64,000 bases of DNA from Deferribacterales bacterium (GTDB lineage: Bacteria; Chrysiogenota; Deferribacteres; Deferribacterales; Geovibrionaceae): NCBI GenBank assembly GCA_050253075.1, contig JBFWJS010000003.1, forward strand, positions 181,458-245,457, in the 5' to 3' direction. Of this stretch, positions 59,321-64,000 are shown piece by piece; position 1 is the stretch's first letter; the number at the start of each line of letters is the position of its first letter. The translations under genes were made by a program, and so were the position numbers. The notes under the pieces were generated by a model. That model was given only the letters and a program-made list of their open reading frames with translations. It was not told the DNA's origin and made no database searches.

Positions 59321-61834
59321 TTATCTGTCTTGACTGATGATGCTGTTCAGCTTATCCATCAGTCTTTCTGCCGTGTCGAACAGATTGTAGATAGCGACCT
59401 TCGCCTGAGCCTTATTACCCGACTGGACACCGCGCACAACTTCCGCTGCGAGGCTGTGTATCTGCTGGTGGATAGGCTCCAGCTCTTTGAACTCTCTGTT
59501 GTCGCCGTAAACTTCCTTACCGTTGCTGTAGTAGAACTTGCCGAACGCACAGTTATGATGGTCTACAAGTATGTCAGCGGTCTCTGACCTTGTGCCTTCA
59601 TACACAGAGTAGACCTTATTCAGGTATATAAGGTGCTGCAGCTTCGCTATGGAGAACATCGCCGACGAACTTCTCAGCTTATACTGTGTGAAGAGGTTCG
59701 TCCTTGTCATGATATTGCCTATGAGCTGTTTGATATTCCCTGAGAGGATATCGAGCTCTTCTTTAGACTTTATCGAAGACTGCGAAACAGTGTCGATACT
59801 GCTCGCTATCTGTGTGGTCACTGCGGACTGCTGATCCACTGCGCTGGAAACACTGAGAATGTTCTGCGAAAGGTTTTCTACTGCGCTGAGGATGTTGTCA
59901 AAGTTTTCGGATGTCTGTGTATCTATGGCAGACTGCTGTCCCACAAGGTCTGTGACGTTTATCGCTTCGGAGTTTGCCACTTTCACACGGTTCTGCATCT
60001 CTTTTACCATTTTACGTATATCTTCGGTAGAGGTCTGTGTCTTTTCAGCCAGCTTCCTCACCTCGTCTGCCACCACTGCAAATCCTCTGCCCGCTTCGCC
60101 TGCTCTGGCCGCTTCTATGGCGGCGTTGAGGGCGAGCAGGTTTGTCTGCTCGGAGATGTCGTTGATAACGGTGATGACGTCCTCTATCTCTGTGGCGTGC
60201 TTTGTCAGCTCATGTATCTCGTTTGTAAGTGTGGTGATCTTTGTTCTCATGTTTGAGGATATCTCCTCTGAGCGTTCGATGATCTCCACCCCTTTCTTTG
60301 ATACATGCACAACCTCTTCATTCTGGCTGGCTGCGTCTGATGTGTTGCTTGCTATCTCGTCTATGGATGAGCTCATCTCCTCTGCGGCTGTTGCCACCTG
60401 AGAGGCCATGTCGCTTGTTTCTATCAGAGATTCGCTCACTGTGTCCTGAGACCTGATGATAGGTATCATTGACTCCACAGTGCCCGCCAGCCCGTTTATA
60501 AGCTGGGTGAAGTTAGAGTCTAGGTTGTCCAGCACTTTATTGAATGCTGTTGAGAGCTCTTTTGTCTCGCCCGTGTTGCCTTCGTTTATTCTCTTTGTAA
60601 GGTCTCCGCCTCCGTCAGACATCTGTTTCAGTATGTTTGATGTGCTTGTGACGCTGCCTGCTATTCCTTTGGCTATGATCACAGCCACAACAGTAGCTAT
60701 GATGACCATGAAAAGGGATATGATGAGGATATTGCGCACCAGCATATTTGTATTTGCACGTGTCTCTGTTGTTTTAAGGGCTATCGCATCGTCTATATCG
60801 TCTGTATAGACGCCTGTACCGATAATCCAGCCGAGTGGCTTAAATAGCTTAACGTATGACATCTTCGGCTGCGGATCTGATTTACCAGGTTTTGGCCAGA
60901 GGTATGATACGAATCCCTCGCCGTCGTCGGCTGTTTCGTTCACCATAGCGGTGAAGATGTTTTCGTTCCTGTCTTTGCCCGCCACGTTGTATTTGCTGTC
61001 TTCGAGTGTTTTACCGTCTAGCTGCGGGGCGATAGGGTGCATCACCATTTTCGGGTGAGGTTTGCTCGTATCGTTTATCCAGAAGTACCCAGTACCTCCG
61101 TCGTATCTGTATTTAGCTACTTCTTTAAGTATGTTTGAGATGGCTTCCTCTGCGGCATCGTCTACATATATGCCTGTACCGATTATCCATCCCCAGGGTT
61201 TAAATTCTTTTATATATGAGAGCTTCGGCTGTGGTGTTGTCTTGCCGGGTTTCGGCCAGATGTATCCGACGAATCCTTCGCCGTTTGACTCTGCCTTTTC
61301 CACCATAGCGATGAAGAGGTTTTTATTGTTATCGGAAACATTGTACTTGCTGTCGCTGAGCACCTGTCCGTCCAGCTGAGGGGCTGTGGGGTGCATTATC
61401 ATCTTAGGATATGGTCTGCTTGTGTCGTTTATCCATATGTAGCCAGTACCCTCGTCATATCTGACAGCCTTTACCAGCTCTTTCGCCCTTGCCTGTGCGG
61501 CGGCTTCAGACATCTGTCCGTCCTGTGCTTTCTGCTCCAGATCTTCGATCTGCTTCATTACAGAGTCAATTACGGTATGCAGTCTTTTCCCGTATGTTTT
61601 TTCGATATAAGCCTGTTTTGTAGAGTTTTCGTATGTGTCTGTTATGGATTCGTATGTGACGTCGATAAGGCTTCTCAGTTTTTCCTTCACCCTGCTGTAT
61701 TCGGTGTCGTTAAATTCAGCCAGACTTTTCGTTTCACGGTTTTTGATATTGTATATCGTCAGCCCCGAAACAATGCCTGTGGTGATAATAACGAGCAGGA
61801 TAGTACTGAGTGTTATCTTATGTGCTATTTTCAT
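59321..61834 (-). CDS. Methyl-accepting chemotaxis protein with tandem sCache_2 domains and C-terminal CZB domain
   Basis: Duplicated RYD.GTGY.WIND..MHP..G.GFV.Y.WPKPG..W.IGTG.Y; MCP hairpin; C-terminal [20 protein letters not shown]. Confidence 0.92.
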   Translation of the reverse strand: MKIAHKITLSTILLVIITTGIVSGLTIYNIKNRETKSLAEFNDTEYSRVKEKLRSLIDVTYESITDTYENSTKQAYIEKTYGKRLHTVIDSVMKQIEDLEQKAQDGQMSEAAAQARAKELVKAVRYDEGTGYIWINDTSRPYPKMIMHPTAPQLDGQVLSDSKYNVSDNNKNLFIAMVEKAESNGEGFVGYIWPKPGKTTPQPKLSYIKEFKPWGWIIGTGIYVDDAAEEAISNILKEVAKYRYDGGTGYFWINDTSKPHPKMVMHPIAPQLDGKTLEDSKYNVAGKDRNENIFTAMVNETADDGEGFVSYLWPKPGKSDPQPKMSYVKLFKPLGWIIGTGVYTDDIDDAIALKTTETRANTNMLVRNILIISLFMVIIATVVAVIIAKGIAGSVTSTSNILKQMSDGGGDLTKRINEGNTGETKELSTAFNKVLDNLDSNFTQLINGLAGTVESMIPIIRSQDTVSESLIETSDMASQVATAAEEMSSSIDEIASNTSDAASQNEEVVHVSKKGVEIIERSEEISSNMRTKITTLTNEIHELTKHATEIEDVITVINDISEQTNLLALNAAIEAARAGEAGRGFAVVADEVRKLAEKTQTSTEDIRKMVKEMQNRVKVANSEAINVTDLVGQQSAIDTQTSENFDNILSAVENLSQNILSVSSAVDQQSAVTTQIASSIDTVSQSSIKSKEELDILSGNIKQLIGNIMTRTNLFTQYKLRSSSAMFSIAKLQHLIYLNKVYSVYEGTRSETADILVDHHNCAFGKFYYSNGKEVYGDNREFKELEPIHQQIHSLAAEVVRGVQSGNKAQAKVAIYNLFDTAERLMDKLNSIISQDR
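60797..61462 (-). repeat. Internal duplication of the Cache domain
   Basis: Similar ~100-aa units at 61157-61462 and 60797-61108. Confidence 0.8.
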
Positions 61835-62022
61835 GTGCTCTCCCCGATCTTTGAATTGTTTAATTATAACACAAGGTTATTCATAATGTATTCAATTTAA
61901 GAAGTTTTAGCTTTAATTGGAGCTATTTCATCATTATGCCCCTGTGTAGTAGTTTATTGTTTGTAGACAAAAAGGCAGAATGTGCTAATATATTTATCAT
62001 ATTCTCTAAATGAGGTTCATTA

Positions 62023-62391
62023 ATGGTCTCACACGAAAAGCTTGCGGAGCTTGTGGTACTTTATGTCGAGGATGATGACATCACCAGAGAGATGGCGTTC
62101 AGGATGCTGTCAAAATACTTTAAGGTCGTGCACCCCGCCACAGACGGCAAAGACGGCTATGACAAGTATAAGCAGTATCAGCCGGATCTTATCATCACAG
62201 ACCTCTCCATGCCGGAGATGAGCGGCTTTGAAATGATCGACCTCATTAGAGTCACGGATAAGAACACCCCTATCATTGTAACCACCGCATACCGCAGCGA
62301 AGCGGAGTCCCTTAAGGAAGTTAACGAGATAGTTTATAAGCCGGTTAACAAAAAACTCCTCCTTAAAGCTGTGTCAGATCTGAATATCTGA
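62023..62391 (+). CDS. Single-domain response regulator (receiver only)
   Basis: VLYVEDD, ITDLSMPEMSG, TTA, KP. Confidence 0.9.
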   Translation: MVSHEKLAELVVLYVEDDDITREMAFRMLSKYFKVVHPATDGKDGYDKYKQYQPDLIITDLSMPEMSGFEMIDLIRVTDKNTPIIVTTAYRSEAESLKEVNEIVYKPVNKKLLLKAVSDLNI

Positions 62392-62419
62392 AAAGTATCC
62401 AGCTAAAGTTCAAAACATG

Positions 62420-62448
62420 TTGTCATTCTATCTTTTTGCAGTTATATT
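62420..62448 (+). promoter_or_regulatory. Sigma70-type promoter of arsR
   Basis: TTGTCA-17 nt-TATATT. Confidence 0.5.
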
Positions 62449-62486
62449 AACGATAATTATTATTCGAACATTATTTGTGGGGCAAT

Positions 62487-62822
62487 ATGGAAAACAAAGT
62501 AGATATTTTCAAAGCACTCAGCGACAGCAACAGGCTGCGCATTCTCAGCATGCTGTCTGTCAGAGATCTTTGCGTTTGTGAAATAAACGCAGTTCTTAAT
62601 GTTTCTATGTCGACAATATCATCTCACCTCAAAATATTGCGCAATGCCGGTCTGGTTACTTCCAAAAAGGATGGCAGATGGATAATCTACAGCCTTGATA
62701 AAAGTAATGAAGCAGTTAACGGCCTTGTTGGCATATCTCTTGATTTCATATCAGGTGAGAAAGAGGTCATTTCCGACAAGGAACACCTAAATACTGTTAG
62801 TCCTGAAAACTGTTCCGCTTGA
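62487..62822 (+). CDS. ArsR/SmtB-family metalloregulator
   Basis: FKALSD.NRLRIL, DLCVCEI, S.STISSHLKILRNAGLV...KDGRW..YSL. Confidence 0.92.
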   Translation: MENKVDIFKALSDSNRLRILSMLSVRDLCVCEINAVLNVSMSTISSHLKILRNAGLVTSKKDGRWIIYSLDKSNEAVNGLVGISLDFISGEKEVISDKEHLNTVSPENCSA

Positions 62823-62827
62823 TGCCA

Positions 62828-62856
62828 TTCACAAATCTCCAATGATGCGTTATAAT
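62828..62856 (+). promoter_or_regulatory. Sigma70-type promoter
   Basis: TTCACA-17 nt-TATAAT, followed by RBS AAGGAG at 62866-62871. Confidence 0.55.
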
Positions 62857-62876
62857 GATAACGTAAAGGAGCGCAT

Positions 62877-64000
62877 GTGAAAAAGGTAATCGAAGGAGAA
62901 GGGATACTTACCCTTGTAGGCGGTTTAAGATACGGAGACGATGTAGTCTTTCAGACGGAAGAGGCCTTGGGATATAGGATAATATCTGAGTCTCTTCTGG
63001 CTGAACTGACAAAAAACGGTCATAGAATCCATCACATCAACTTCTTTAACGGTCCCGATAATCTCAATTTTAACGATGAGAATGTTAAAAAGTACTACGT
63101 AAATCCCGATAAAGGCTTTGAGTCTTTTGTCGAGGAGTGCTGCGACATAGTTTTCTCTATGGGGCACGGCGACATGCTTTTTGTCGACTGTCTGACCAGC
63201 CTTATGTCCTTTTGGGGCTCGGACTGGCTGATAGGATACGCCTATCACGCTATATCAGAGGTGATGAAGGAGCGTGATGTCACTTCCTTTATGGGGATAG
63301 TGAAGAAGTGTCACAGGCACTTCACCATCAAAAAGGTCGTCGACTCTGCCACTGTCGTGGTACGTGTCATGAAGGATAACGTTGGCAGACACTGCCTTCT
63401 TCCCCGTAAGGCAGCGGGCAGACAGAGCCATGTGATGTATCAGCCCTTTATACTGGACGTGCAGAAGAGTGTGCGCCCCATAGCGGATAACGTGGAAGCT
63501 ATGGAGATAATCACCCCGCCTGATAAACGTAGCGATATGCAGTATTATCAGTGTCTGGACAAACTTTTCCTCGGCGGAGCGGAGAATAATAACGACCCCG
63601 AAGCCGTCAAAAGCATGTGTATGATAATGATGGGGCAGGATAAAAAGATTCTCGGGCTCGCCTCGCAGTATTTCACTCTGAACGAGATGAAGCTGATACG
63701 CCGCCGAACCATCGGTTCAGGCTATATCGGCGGTAAAGCGACAGGGATGCTCGTCGCCAGAAAGATAATCAAAGAGCACCTTCCAGACATATACGAAAAA
63801 CACTCCGAGCCCGACGACAGCTATTTTCTCGGTGCGGACGTTTTCTATACATTCATGATATATAACGGCCTGTGGGACGACTATAAGAGCTTCCTTAACT
63901 CGGCCGACGTGATAAAGGCGAAGAAGCTGCACAGGCTGATAATGAACGCAAAGATGCCTCCTGAGGTTCTGGAAAGGATGGAGGACATCATCGACTATTT
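62877..64000 (+). CDS. PEP/pyruvate-binding (PPDK_N/PEP-synthase-like) domain protein, 5' partial, running off the window
   Basis: Not in the ORF track; I translated it from GTG 62877 and it stays open to the window end; contains TIGSGYIGGKATGMLVARKII and SYFLGADVFYTF. Confidence 0.82.
   Translation, partial: MKKVIEGEGILTLVGGLRYGDDVVFQTEEALGYRIISESLLAELTKNGHRIHHINFFNGPDNLNFNDENVKKYYVNPDKGFESFVEECCDIVFSMGHGDMLFVDCLTSLMSFWGSDWLIGYAYHAISEVMKERDVTSFMGIVKKCHRHFTIKKVVDSATVVVRVMKDNVGRHCLLPRKAAGRQSHVMYQPFILDVQKSVRPIADNVEAMEIITPPDKRSDMQYYQCLDKLFLGGAENNNDPEAVKSMCMIMMGQDKKILGLASQYFTLNEMKLIRRRTIGSGYIGGKATGMLVARKIIKEHLPDIYEKHSEPDDSYFLGADVFYTFMIYNGLWDDYKSFLNSADVIKAKKLHRLIMNAKMPPEVLERMEDIIDY

Noticed and set aside
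62925..63932. Minus-strand ORFs 62925-63248 and 63717-63932
   Set aside because: They are antisense to the real + strand gene starting at 62877.
1..64000. Anti-phage defence systems, CRISPR arrays, prophage, IS elements, tRNA/rRNA
   Set aside because: I recognised no such gene or repeat-spacer pattern by eye; a covariance-model and HMM scan would be needed to exclude them formally.

Overview
Gene-dense bacterial chromosomal window with about 41 protein-coding genes. I saw no rRNA, tRNA, CRISPR array, transposase, integrase or phage gene. The gene content (Tat-exported split-Soret-type cytochrome c, NIT- and Cache-domain chemoreceptors, TonB receptor, TolC and RND systems) fits a motile, anaerobically respiring Gram-negative bacterium. 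A Deferribacterales-like organism is plausible, but that is inference only. Blocks in order: (1) 0.3-10 kb redox and sensing cluster: membrane-anchored split-Soret cytochrome c with a hydrogenase-type cytochrome b, LysR, hemerythrin-PAS protein, FixL-like stand-alone PAS, NIT chemoreceptor, AraC with Fe-alcohol dehydrogenase, Crp/Fnr regulator; (2) 10-16 kb TonB receptor, methyltransferase and ABC uptake operon behind a Fur-like box; (3) Bcr/CflA pump; (4) 18-33 kb Lap/Bap-type type I secretion locus with a ~3000 aa adhesin and a TolC-OmpA fusion; (5) 34-40 kb ArnT-like transferase, two-component system and MprF; (6) TetR-AcrAB-OprM efflux operon; (7) 47-64 kb orphan signalling and housekeeping genes, ending in a partial PEP/pyruvate-binding protein absent from the ORF track. 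The best candidate for an undescribed system is the split-Soret cytochrome with a hydrogenase-small-subunit-like His-containing membrane anchor, overlapping a di-haem cytochrome b gene and lying next to candidate FNR/Dnr-type sites. All family calls come from motif recognition by eye; no database search was run.
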